From NCBI GenBank assembly GCA_032718475.1, contig JAUCBJ010002727.1, positions 1 to 64,000 on the forward strand: a stretch of DNA of 64,000 bases, given 5' to 3'. The DNA comes from Nemertoderma westbladi (Eukaryota; Animalia; Xenacoelomorpha). Shown piece after piece: positions 51,601 through 63,333 of the stretch; position 1 is the stretch's first letter; each line of letters begins with the position of its first letter. A model generated the notes under the pieces. The model made no database searches and was not told where the DNA came from. It saw only the letters and a program-made list of their open reading frames with translations. A program made the translations under genes and the position numbers.

Positions 51601-54600
51601 AACAGTCCAGAGAGAAGACACCGGAAAACAAGGTAAGTGAGAAACCCATCTCTAGGAGAAAGGTAACACCAGTGTGTTATACAGACGATGGCGAAAGCCA
51701 GACTTCTCAAGGAGAGGATAGCGGGAAAGACACTGAAAGATCTTATTATGTCAATAAAACGCCTAAAGACCAGGTAAGTAAATTCAAGTCTCGAACCAAT
51801 GACAGGAGAGAACAGGTAAGAAAAACTCCTCCTACGTCTCCCAAGAGAATTCAGGTGAGAAAGCCCGAAGAAAGAACGAGTGTGCACAATGTTATTCAAA
51901 ATAAGGTAAGTAACATCAAACCGAAATGTGCGCTATGTGACGGGACTCACCGTTTAAATATGTGTGATGAATTCCTGAAGAAATCATTAGCGGAGAGACG
52001 GGAAGTCATGTGGGATAAGCGGTTGTGTTATAATTGCCTCAGACAAGGACACCAACGGCGAACCTGTTACTCCGACACAAGGTGTGCAAAGTGCGGTACG
52101 AAACATCATATCTTGTTGCACACTGAATTCGAGCGAAATAGTCCGAGTCAGGTAAGTGATTCCGAACTACATGTCCAATTCAGTGATGTGAACGACACTG
52201 ATCAATCTGAGATGGAAGGATTCTATACGGACGAGTTCTCCGACGAAAACGAATCCTGTTACATGATAAATACCGCAGTGTATCGAGCACTCACGTATGA
52301 AAAAGATACAGACAGCGACCTCACCCTAACTACTTCTGATCGACAACCATCTTGGAAAGCGCCATCTTCCAATGTAGGAATCCGAGAATTTCCTGTAGTA
52401 CAGGTAAGGGTCCACGGACCTAAAAGGAGTTATGTAGTGAACGCCCTCCTTGACTCCGGTAGTACAGGAACATTCATCGACAAAGAACTAGCCGAAGACA
52501 TCTTTGCTGGACAACCCAAGTTCCGAACTAAGCTAAACATGTCAGGAATTATGCAGGTTTGGAAATCTACAGTAATCGCGGATTATTATGTAGGTGCGTT
52601 GTCCACCCCCCAGGATGAACTAGGAGAACATAGTATAAGGTCAGTAAAAATGGTGGCGATAAAGAACTTCGCTACCACCCAAGTGGAACCTTATAACTGG
52701 GATGAGGACGATTTCACCCAGCAGCTGGAAATACCTAGATTCAACACCGATTACCCTGGAGTGCAAATACTCATCGGTCAAAACGCGCATGAAGCGCTCG
52801 AGACATTGGAGAAACGGCCCGCTCAACCGCAACCACTACAAGCTTATGCGGGAAGAACTAGAGTGGGTTGGTACTTTACTGGCCCTTCCCGTAGAACTCT
52901 CATGGAAAGATTACCGAAAGACCAGGTATGTCAAGTGAGAGAATGGGAAGTCGAGAGCAGTGAGTTAGACGATCCAACTGAGGGAACACCATACTCCTCA
53001 GATAATGACGATGTCCACCAACTTTTTGACGAGGAGAATGCCATCGATCTCCTTAAGGAAAACGAGACTTGGCAAAACCAAGTGAACTTATGTCAACTCC
53101 TTCTTCCATCAGAGCGAGACGACTATAACGACGAGCTTAATGACGTCATTGAACGTTATAATGCCAAGACTCGGGACGAACACGCCGTACGATTCTTTAC
53201 TCAAGAGGCTGTAGAGCCCAATTCCTATGATAAGGCCCTATCGGTAGAGGAAGAAAGAGCCAAGCAGATCCAAGAGACAACTACACGTTTTCTTAAAGAT
53301 CAAGGTAGATATGAGATCGGTCTACCTTTCCGAAAGCGAGAACCAAAGTTCGTAAACAACAGACCCTTGGCGGAGAAAAGAATTGCTCAACTACATCGAC
53401 GCCTTACGGCAAATTCTTCAGCTAAAGAAATGTATCAAACGCAGTTGAAGAAGTTTATTAGCAAGGGATATGCGGAGCTAGTACCGGAAGAAACACCTAT
53501 AACTGAGAGAACGTATTATTTAACTCACCATTACGTTCCCAAACCCGGTAAACCACATGAGGTACGAGTGGTGTTTGACGGCTCCGCCCTCTATATGGGC
53601 CAATCCCTTAATTCTGAATTGCTACCCGGACCCAACTTACTCCAATCATTGTTGGGAATACTTTTAAGATTAAGACAATATTCCATTGCTTTCGCCTCAG
53701 ATATAGAAGGCATGTTCTTACAAGTCAAAGCGCTGGATAGGGATCGAGATAGCCTACGATTTCTGTGGTGGCCTGAAGGAGACCTCAACCAGAAACCGGT
53801 GGAGTACTGGATGACCATCCAAGCTTTTGGGATAATCTCGAGCCCTTCAAACGCCTGTTCCGTGGTGCGCACCACTGCGGATGACAACCGAGACGCCTTC
53901 TCTAAAGAGGTGATTGACAACATTAAGCGGGATATATACATGGACGACAATCTAAAGTCCCTTCCATCAGTCGAAGAAGCCATCGATGTCGCTAGAGGAA
54001 CGGTAGAGTGCTTAAAAAGAGGTGGATTTCGATTAACTAAATTCACCAGCAACTCCCGTGAGTTTCTGGAGTCGATCCCGGTAGAAGATCGAGGAGCGAA
54101 AGATCTGGATCTAATAAAAGATGATCTCCCAGAAACTAAGACCCTTGGTTTGAAATGGGACGCAGAATGAGATATCCTGTTTTTCCAACTAAAACAACGA
54201 GATAATCCAGTTCGGACTAAGCGGATTTGTTTAAGTATACTGAGCACTTATTTCGATCCATTGGGATTTATTAGCCCAGTTATATTGATTGCTCGGAGTT
54301 TAGTACAACAAATGTGGCTTGAAAACCACTCATGGGACGATCCACTTAAGGGAGAATTGTTAAAGAAGTGGATGAAATGGGAAGATTCTCTACCAGCCAT
54401 CGAGAACTTTATAATTTCCCGTTCATATTTTGGTCATGTTCTCCCTACGTATTCCTATCAACTCCATGTGTTTGGAGACGCCAGCGATATGGGAATAGGT
54501 ATAGTAGCCTACCTAAGGGTGGAAACTCCAGACGGAATCAAAGTCGCCTTGGTTACTTCTAAGGCATTGATAAACAATAAGTTGAAAGTTCCTCGAGCGG

Positions 54601-56825
54601 AGTTAAAAGCGGCTCTATACGCTACAGCCATCGGCCGGAATGTAACAGAACAGATCGACTATCCACTGGAGAAAACTGTTTATTGGACCGACGCTTTACT
54701 CGTGTTGGAGTATATAACCAATGAAGTCTGTCAGTTCAGCGTCTTCGTTACCAACAGAGTAGCCATTATACTCAGTCGCACAACGATGGATCAATGGAGA
54801 CATTGCCCCAGAACGATTAATCCAGCAGACATCGCCTCCAGGGGAGCAACTCCACAAGAACTGGTAGATACTCCAGACTGGCTAGGTGGACCCGACTTCC
54901 TCTACAAAGAAGAAGAAGAATGGCCTCCTCATCTTACTACAGCAGAGATTAGACAGGCCAAGGGAGCGGAGAAAGTCAAACCTAAAACTCGGGCGAGTAA
55001 ATCGAAGTTATTCAAACCCATGGTAGATCTGTCTGTACTACATATTTCCAGAGACGACGCTTTGGATCAGAAACCCACAGGCACCAATAAACTTGTTGTG
55101 GAAATCCGTGAGAAGGATTGGAAATCTGGAATACCAGACGTCTCGCAAGGACTCTCACCTCTTCTGCAGAGAGCGATACATCACTACAGTTCCTGGAATC
55201 GGCTCTGTAAGGCCGTTACATATTTAAAGAGATGTTTTCACCATCACTACTCCGGGATGAAGACCAAAGGTGATACCGCTCCAATAACATCAGTGCAGGT
55301 CCATGTTATTAAAGATCTTCCCAAATATAAGATACCCGACAGGTTTCTGAAGGAGAAGATCAGTTATCAGGAGCATGAAGAAACCAACAAGCAGATGCTG
55401 AGACTCCTGCAATGCTATGAAGATTCCGATAAGTATTTCCTGTTGTTGAGAAATCCACAGATGCGCTTAAGGGATCGTTTCTCTAGCACAATGATAGATG
55501 GGTTGATACGTGTTGGAGGAAGATTAACGAATGCTCCATTATCCTTTGACACTAAGTTCCCCATACTCATTAGAAATCTTGAAATACAAGTCAAGATGAT
55601 TGTAGATGTTCACAGCAAACTTTATCATGCTGGTAGGGAACGAGTTCTTAGCGAAATTTGAACTCGCTATTATTTTTATAAACCCCGTAGAGCTCTGAAC
55701 CAAGTTCTTAGGAACTGTATACCCTGTAGGAAAGCATTCAGTAGGCCTTTAACACAGCGAGAGGCAGAATTACCTAGGGAACGAGTAAGCTTCTATGAAC
55801 CACCCTTTACTAATACCGGTGTAGATTTATTTGGCCCTATTGAAGTATATCGTGCTAGGACTATAGTCAAGAGATGGTGTGTAATCTTTGTTTGTATGAC
55901 TTGTAGAGCTATCCATCTCGATATGGTGAACGATTTATCTACCAACAGCTTTCTATTAAGCTTACGACGACAGATCGCTCGCTTTGGCACTAGTAACACG
56001 ATGAGATCTGATAAGGGAACTAACTTCATTGGTGCCAACAATGAAATCAAAGCTTACGTCAAAGATTGGAACCAAAGACAGGTGGACGATCAGCTACGAA
56101 TAACAGCGTCTAGCTGGACCTTCAACGCCGCCGACGCCCCTTGGTGGGGAGGAAGTTGGGAGAGATTAATAAGAAGTGTGAAGACAGCATTTCACTTTAT
56201 AGTGCCTTGCCGTGCGTATCTCACCGACGAACTTTTGCGGATGTTAATGGAGGAAATCGCCGCCTATCTCAACGAGAGACCGCTTATGCCAGTCTCATCG
56301 AGTCCCGATTCCCTGGAAGCGCTAACACCCGCGCACTTCCTACTGAAGAAACCTGTAGCCATGCTACCACAATCGGAAATCACAGACTGAGACGAATACT
56401 GCCGGCAAACTTGGCAACTCATGCAGTTGTTATCCCGTCGTTTTGCTGACCATTTCGAAAAACATTATCTGCCCACGCTACAACTTCGAACTAAGTGGTT
56501 TGCGCAGCAAGAAAACGTCAGCGCTGGAGACATGGTTCTTATTGTGGATGTAGATCTTCCACGTAAGCGGTGGCAGACAGGTCGTATCATCGAGACTCAC
56601 ATCTCGGATGACGGTTTGGTGCGATCGGTAGAACTCGTCGTCATGCGACGTAACTTCAAGAAACCGGGAATTGTCTTCGAGACGCAGCAGCTCAATCGCC
56701 CAGTTGGTCGCTTATGTTTACTGGAAAGAGACAGAGAACTCTCCGGAAACTATGGGAGGCAAGATACTCTTCCCACGACCACCTCCCTAATCCAACAAAC
56801 ATCTAGGGACTCCCCAGCTTATTAG
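48653..56825 (+). pseudogene. BEL/Pao Gag-PR-RT-RNase H-IN polyprotein with one frameshift and three in-frame TGA stops
   Basis: LLDSGS protease; RVVFDGS, DIEGMFLQV and YMDD (RT); LHVFGDAS, VPRAELKAA and NPADIASRG (RNase H); TGVDLFGP, SDKGTNF and GGSWERL (integrase). Probable extra C near 48991-48995; stops at 54168, 55659 and 56388. Confidence 0.96.
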
Positions 56826-58451
56826 CATATGGAGTGGGTGTGTGACCATATTATTTTATATTTTTATCATTTTATACTTATGTACGTATTATTATGTAAT
56901 TTTATTATAATCGTTTTATTTAATTTTATTTAGTAGCATGTTATTTTAGCGATTGTTTAGTAGATCAGTGCAATATATTCGCGTTTATTACGTAATTACT
57001 TATATTATATATTTAGTGCGACGGCGAGAAATAATTCTTTTTTCTCTTTCCTTGCTGCCCGTATTACATTACGAATACGTAACTACAGTAAGATGAAATG
57101 TCCGTACTTATTAAAGTACAATAAAGCCACTACTATATTTAAGTATTATTGGTAGGCAGAGTATTAGGAATGCAAAGTTCAGATCCTCGTGTCTCGGCTA
57201 AACCAAGCTCTGGGTAGACCTTGGAAACGACTTGCCTCTTCACACTGACATTGCTTCGTGCGATATTGCTCTCATACCGTATATTAAATAATACATATAG
57301 TAGCGTGATGTCCCTTTAACAGTAGCGTATAACGCAAAATAAATCTGTTAAACCCTTTGACCATCTGCAATTCTAGTCGATTAAGATATCGCGGCACCCA
57401 CCGATATACTTGAAAGACAAAATTCTAGAATCAGTGGTTAACGTCCCCAGACAAGTTCTGGAATAAACTGGTGCCCATCCTAAATATTAATTATTAATAT
57501 TTATAAAATCTGTCAAATTTTAGATCCTTTAAAATTCTAGTCGATTAAGATATCGTAGCACTTACCGATACTCTTAAAAAGACAAATTCCTAGAATCAAG
57601 GATCCCAGTCCCCAGACACGTTCTGGAATAAAATTGTGTCTATTTAACATTAAATAATAAAATTTACGGGAATAAATTTAAATTCATATATTTCAATGAA
57701 TTTAATAAATTGTCATTTTATGCAATTTATAACATTCCCAAAATTCCATTAATTAATAGATCATGGGAGCGGAGATTCACTCTATTAAGTGTATTTGTGT
57801 GCGAGAATCTCCAATATATAGTCAATAGCCGATAAAATTCATAAAATCATATATAGAGAGGATATTGACAATTAAAGAATTACTATTAAATAGCATCCCA
57901 GATCTGTATGCATGAGAATTACCCTAATTCTACCGCTAGCTTTCCATAATGTCACCATGGCAACAACCACGCTAGAATTAGAAGTGAGTTAAAGAACAAT
58001 AGAAGGCTTGCCCCATTGAATAGCATAGGGAATAAATAGCGCACTGCTAGTATCCAAGGATACATAATAAATACAGTGACATTCTGGAAGGTACTGACTA
58101 ACGGACAAATGGCCCGAATGCGTGCAGTTTATGGCAGTTGTGTTGAATTTGTGCGTTTGTAGGTGAATGTTACTACTAAGGTGTGTTTACAGTAGCGAGT
58201 CGCAATTGTGAAAGTAGCCCTAACTCTCCACAAAGAACCTGCAGTACATCTAAGCCTTTGGGACGGACAGTGGAGTGACTTGTGCCAGTTATCGTTGTCG
58301 TTGTGTAGCTACATCGTTGGCGAAAGCACAGCGACGACAGTACATCGGCGCTGAGGATCTTACACTGTCCGGGGGCAAAAGAGGGGTAGGCAGCGACGCC
58401 CACTAGCCTAATATATAAACTCATTATAATATTGATAAACTCATAGCAGAT

Positions 58452-58892
58452 ATGACTGAGTTGATAGAAGATGATCTTGGCATCAGGGAGCGATATACTC
58501 TACCTTTACAAGCGTTTGTCGATAGCTTGATACGCGGAGACGCTGATCCAACTACTACGGAGGATGATGGTCGTTATATCGAACCGCCAATGTCGCAGGA
58601 GCAACTTACGCGTGAATTGGATTATAGAAGGTTCACCGCTCGCTATACGCATCGTAATGGTACGTATATGGACTTCTTAACTACTGGCCATCCTATCGAT
58701 TTACACGATACAGACGATGTAGACACCGAAAGGGAAATGGTTTTATTTAAATATCATACCCAGCGGAGTTGGAACGATAAACCGAGAGTGGAACACGAGA
58801 ATTCTATTCGAAGTCGGCTCGAGGGAAAGAACATGGAAGAAGGCTTGAAAAGACAAATAGAGGAGAACCACTGGAGAAGAGACGTGGGTTAA
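58452..58892 (+). CDS. Accessory ORF-A of element 3, 146 aa, charged, unknown function
   Basis: Protein conserved with the element 2 copy with many third-position differences; acceptor-like tagcag two nt before the ATG in both copies. Confidence 0.75.
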   Translation: MTELIEDDLGIRERYTLPLQAFVDSLIRGDADPTTTEDDGRYIEPPMSQEQLTRELDYRRFTARYTHRNGTYMDFLTTGHPIDLHDTDDVDTEREMVLFKYHTQRSWNDKPRVEHENSIRSRLEGKNMEEGLKRQIEENHWRRDVG

Positions 58893-59636
58893 TGTCCAGG
58901 GTCCATAATGTGAATAGTTTTCCCCGGGGCACGGGTGCTCGCGGGCGGTCTCCTTCGGGGGGCTGTAAATTTCTCTTCCTTCATCGTTTTCCTGCAATTA
59001 TTGTGATCAGTGTCACAATTAAAAGGCAAGAACGAATGATGACGTGACGGAAAACTTGTCCATTGTGGTATCTTATGGATACTACCCTATATCTTCCCTC
59101 CTCTTTACTTCCCTTATCCCTCTATACATCGCTATTGAAAATACAACATTATTCGTCCCACCTTCTCTTCCCAACGCGCTCGGAGCTTTGGGAAACGATC
59201 GACCAATCATTGCCGTATCGTAGTATTGATTATACCACCTCTTAATAAACCTCCCATCCCTTACTGTTAATCTGGATGCTCATATTGGTGTCCGCACCTC
59301 CTATTCATGTCACACTCTGTTGATATTTATGATATCAACTTCCACCCTCTCATTGTTGATTAGAAAATCAACCACCAATGATTTCCTTAAGTCCACTACC
59401 GTGATACAAGGACTGAAAGGACACGCGGATAGTTTGTGAACAACTGGTACCATTGTGTGTCATAAATCTGGTTGTTCACCTCCCTAATCACCAGGGATAA
59501 ATTCATTTGGAGATAGTCTTCGAACGTTTGTATCCTCCTACTGAGATCGTATTTCTGAATATTTCAGAATGCGAAATAGTTTTTTCCTCTGCTCTACCAT
59601 CGCTGTCGGAGAACATATTAGGCATACAACGGGAAC

Positions 59637-61355
59637 ATGGAGAACATTCCATACCCTTTCGTTGATACTCAGCTGATTGCTCCTTGGGCAGAAGGCCGAG
59701 GTTTCTTCCGCACTATGTATGCCAATACACCCAGCGGCATTACTAAAGTACAACGAACCTCCATCGGACATCTTGCCTTTCAAGAATACGGATGGAATTT
59801 CAAGGTTGGAAATCCTATAAATTACCAACAAGTATATGGAGATCATTATTCTCGTTTATACTTTGATGGACCATTGACCGCGCCTGGCGCCGTGTATAGC
59901 TTTATGAGTGTTCCACTTCGTCCCTCCTTAGCTATATACACGATATTTGAAAACGCAGCACTTGCCGGTTGGCTAGCCGATGTGTGCAGTCGTACCATAC
60001 GCGCCCATCCATTAATACTTGGAACCAAACTCGCCAAGTTAGATGAACACAATAAATTCATCCGCTTCGAATGTTTCAGACGCTTTCTGACTCCGTTCCG
60101 TAACGTTGATAGTCAGTTCAAGGACCGCGCTCTGACCAAACTCAGCCTAAGAGACTCAGCTGCGGAGAAGCTAAACAGCGCGGGATTTGCTCTCTTCCAG
60201 GACGTTTGTATACAGAACTTACATTCATCTGTTATACAAAGACCCCGAATACCCACGGGTTATTCTGTCGTGGAGGTTCAGACAGTGGGTCCGCTTGCGG
60301 AGACAGCCGCACCTACCTCAGCTATGCAATTGGAAGACGAACCAATCTGCTTAGAGTCTGAAGCGACCCAGCCTACAGCGCCCCGGAGCAGCGATAACGA
60401 CTACGTCTTAGAGTGGTATCAAGGTCCACAATGTCTCACTGCATACGATTATCGACACGCTAACTATGTTTCTCGAAAACGTTGTCGATTATGCACATCG
60501 AGAGACCATTTCACCCCCATGGACTCAGACGTACCCTGCTCCTATTTCCACGAACAACCGATGATGGAGATATATTGTGCGTATTGCAGACTTAATAACT
60601 CTCATATTTTTGCAGTCTGCCCCCAATTTATGACTCAATGCCACCACTGTCAACTTAAAGGACATGCCAGTTATAATTGCCCCTTTAATCGCGATTTAGA
60701 GAGCGTAGATGAGATGATTACCCTACGCTACATCCGAGCTTGGGAAGCGAACGCGGATTTACATTGTGAGTCCCGCCATCGCTACTACCCTGGACGCTCT
60801 TACGAGGGAGTTTACGCGTTCCATCCTTATTTATTCGCGTCTGTGGAACAAAAAACACGCACACCGAGTTACGAACTAATGAAGCGTGTTGGTGAGTGTA
60901 TTTCCACCAAATTTGTTCGAAAATACCTTAGGAACGTCAATCCTAACGATATTACTTCATACCATTTGATCAATTACATCCGTCAAGACCCTGAGTATGG
61001 CGATTTATTTATCAACTCGCACCCTGAGTTACAGGAAGTATCTCGACGGCCCTACGAATATCGAGCCCGAGAACGCGAGCTGGAAAGAACCATTAAACCA
61101 AGGAAGTTTCTCACCACTCACGGTCCGCCTACCGCCATTGTCCAGACGACCCATCAGGGACCCGTAGGAGCTGCTGTCCTAAGACGCGCCCTAAAGGCCG
61201 TTAGACCTCGCTCCACTGAAGTTGATATCGATCAACCCAGTACCTCAACCGGCGGATACACCGATCGTAATCCTAAACCTTCTGGTGCGGTTGTGTTGCG
61301 CCCTTCACCCAGGAGTTACAGCCCTCCTAGTAAAGTGGCTCGAAAAACTGCGTAA
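59637..61355 (+). CDS. Accessory ORF-B of element 3, 572 aa, triple CCHC-type zinc-knuckle protein
   Basis: CRLC-x4-H-x9-C, CAYC-x5-H-x4-C and CHHC-x4-H-x4-C. A ~31-bp deletion near 61342 frameshifts off the C-terminus that element 2 retains (ancestral stop at about 61431). Confidence 0.82.
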   Translation: MENIPYPFVDTQLIAPWAEGRGFFRTMYANTPSGITKVQRTSIGHLAFQEYGWNFKVGNPINYQQVYGDHYSRLYFDGPLTAPGAVYSFMSVPLRPSLAIYTIFENAALAGWLADVCSRTIRAHPLILGTKLAKLDEHNKFIRFECFRRFLTPFRNVDSQFKDRALTKLSLRDSAAEKLNSAGFALFQDVCIQNLHSSVIQRPRIPTGYSVVEVQTVGPLAETAAPTSAMQLEDEPICLESEATQPTAPRSSDNDYVLEWYQGPQCLTAYDYRHANYVSRKRCRLCTSRDHFTPMDSDVPCSYFHEQPMMEIYCAYCRLNNSHIFAVCPQFMTQCHHCQLKGHASYNCPFNRDLESVDEMITLRYIRAWEANADLHCESRHRYYPGRSYEGVYAFHPYLFASVEQKTRTPSYELMKRVGECISTKFVRKYLRNVNPNDITSYHLINYIRQDPEYGDLFINSHPELQEVSRRPYEYRARERELERTIKPRKFLTTHGPPTAIVQTTHQGPVGAAVLRRALKAVRPRSTEVDIDQPSTSTGGYTDRNPKPSGAVVLRPSPRSYSPPSKVARKTA

Positions 61356-62311
61356 ACGCCGTCCTCGTAAGAAAGACTAACTGTTTAGAGTATCTTTATA
61401 TTTTAGAAACTGTGATTTGTTATATTTTATAGACTTAAATCCCATTTTCTGGGAGCGGTGTAAAGGCTTTTGCGTAATTAGCCGGTTATTTTCCCCGTAA
61501 AGTACTCTGTAGTTGGTTTAACCGGCATAAAAGGCCGTGTCCTTACTGTATTGTTGTTTTAGAGGACATAAAAGCCATTTCTTCTGTATGTGTACTTTAG
61601 CGGACATGATTAGCAATTCTATGACGCAATAAGCCGGATCCTCTTGAAACAGTGTAGATACCATGACGACGGCTAACAGCTGATATTGCCACGTAGAACA
61701 TCCCTTTGTTCTTTGTTCTCTCTTTGTCCGGTCGACCAATCAGAGCGTTTTTTTGTCTCTGTGTTGGAGATGGTATATAGAAACTAGGGAAGTGAGTCAG
61801 TATTGCGACTTACATTAAGTGGTTTGAAGTGAATCTAATGCTATTTTATAGGCCCTACACGTATTGTCTGTTGTTCTCCTTATATGTGACTAAAATTAGT
61901 GAAGGTCGGCAGATTAGTGTGCAGTATTGTGCAGTATTGTGTATGATTGTGATTGATAACGAAGCATCTCCTAAAGAATGCGCCATATACGTGAATCTAT
62001 AGCCATCCCGTTGCGTCTGGTTTAAGTCATAACTCTGTTTATATATTTAGAGCGCCACGTCCTAAAGGAACTGTTAATATTTCCCGAAAGTGAATAATAT
62101 TGTCAGAGATTATATATCAAGATCAGTCGAATAATACAGTAGGTCTATCCCGCAATACGATTAGGCTTCCGAATCCAGTCTCCCGGGTATATCCAGCGGG
62201 TGAATGATCGCGCATAGACTGGTTTCGGCTAATGTAGTGTATCAAATATTTGTCGTAGGCTAAAGACTATCTATTATCTAGAAGACATCCTAAATTTAAT
62301 TAAACAAATTG

Positions 62312-62740
62312 ATTGTTTTGGGAGAATAAGCATTTTTTTTTTGGGGGGGGGGGGCGGAATATTTATTTAATTTGGGGAAAGATGTACCTATTTGGGGGGA
62401 ATAAGTATTTATTTTCGGGGGTTAAGTATTTATTTTTGGGGATTGCGTATAAATTTTGGGGGGTTATGTATCTATTTTCGGTGATTATGTATTTGTTTTT
62501 GGAAAATTTGTATTTATTTTGGGAAAATTTGTATTTGTTTTGGGGGTTTTGTCATTTATTTTGGTGTGAAAAATGGGTTTGGGGGAGCATTTAGTTATTT
62601 TGGTGTTCAATATTTGTTTTTGGTGTTCAATATTTGTTTTTGGTGTTCAATATTTGTTTTTGGTGTTCAATATTTGTTTTTGGTGTTCAATATTTGTTTT
62701 TGGTGTTCAATAATTTATTGTTTTTGGCGTTGAAAAAATT
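62312..62740. repeat. T/G-rich low-complexity tract including a 20-bp repeat (tggtgttcaatatttgtttt, about 6 copies)
   Basis: Direct inspection; the 20-bp period spans 62598-62712. Confidence 0.9.
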
Positions 62741-62848
62741 ATTTTTGTTGTTTGAATAATTTGATATTTTTTAGTGTGACTTTTTAATTGGTAGCCATTC
62801 TTCAATAGCTTACACATCTAACGATTTATTTAAGTAAAACAACACTTG

Positions 62849-62914
62849 AGCGGTACTGCTAATCCTACTCCCTTGTAAGGGAGTAGGGTAGGGAGTGGGA
62901 TTAGCAGTACCGCT
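62849..62914. other. 66-nt hairpin with a 25-bp stem
   Basis: agcggtactgctaatcctactccct pairs with agggagtgggattagcagtaccgct (one G-U pair). Confidence 0.85.
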
Positions 62915-63238
62915 ACTTTACAAAAAAGTAGCCGTGCCGTACCACAACGCAACTACACCCCTCTTGAGCCTGTTATTATTTAGTCAATGTGTTTGCCATT
63001 AAACAATAAACTAACAACCTTCTCACCTCCCATGTACTTCTACCAACCATCTGAATAATGATTGTTACCACGTGTTTTACGATGTTACTGTTCTCATAAT
63101 TTTTGTTGTAGAATAATATCTGAATATTACCGTACTATATAAAATAGAAACAACATCATTCATTATAATAAATACAGAAGTAGGCCTAATGTCAGTCCAC
63201 ACGGTCGCGTGCAATATTTTCCGATATTCGCGTCGTAG

Positions 63239-63333
63239 TTACGTCACTTCCGCGAACCACCCCCGGAAACTGTTCATCCGTTACGGGTTGCCAAGGACTG
63301 CGACATTGCAGGGGCTCATTTCCAAAATGGCGG
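63239..63333 (+). promoter_or_regulatory. Putative IDI1 housekeeping promoter motifs (CRE-like + ETS, YY1)
   Basis: ttacgtcacttccg at 63239 and caaaatggcgg overlapping the ATG, in a CpG-rich patch. Confidence 0.45.

Larger units (their letters stand above)
45514..62306 (+). mobile_element. 16.8-kb BEL/Pao LTR retrotransposon with two accessory 3' ORFs, element 3
   Basis: 5' LTR 45514-46388; 3' LTR 61459-62306 (identical by eye up to 62293, then a short deletion/filler before the terminal aaca); TSD AATTG; PPT GGGAGCGG. Confidence 0.95.

Noticed and set aside
54168-56390. UGA recoding / alternative genetic code
   Set aside because: Host nadE terminates at TGA; CpG decay of Arg codons is more parsimonious.
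58176-58424. 82-aa antisense ORF in the element 3 spacer
   Set aside because: The homologous region in element 2 has frame-breaking indels and stops.
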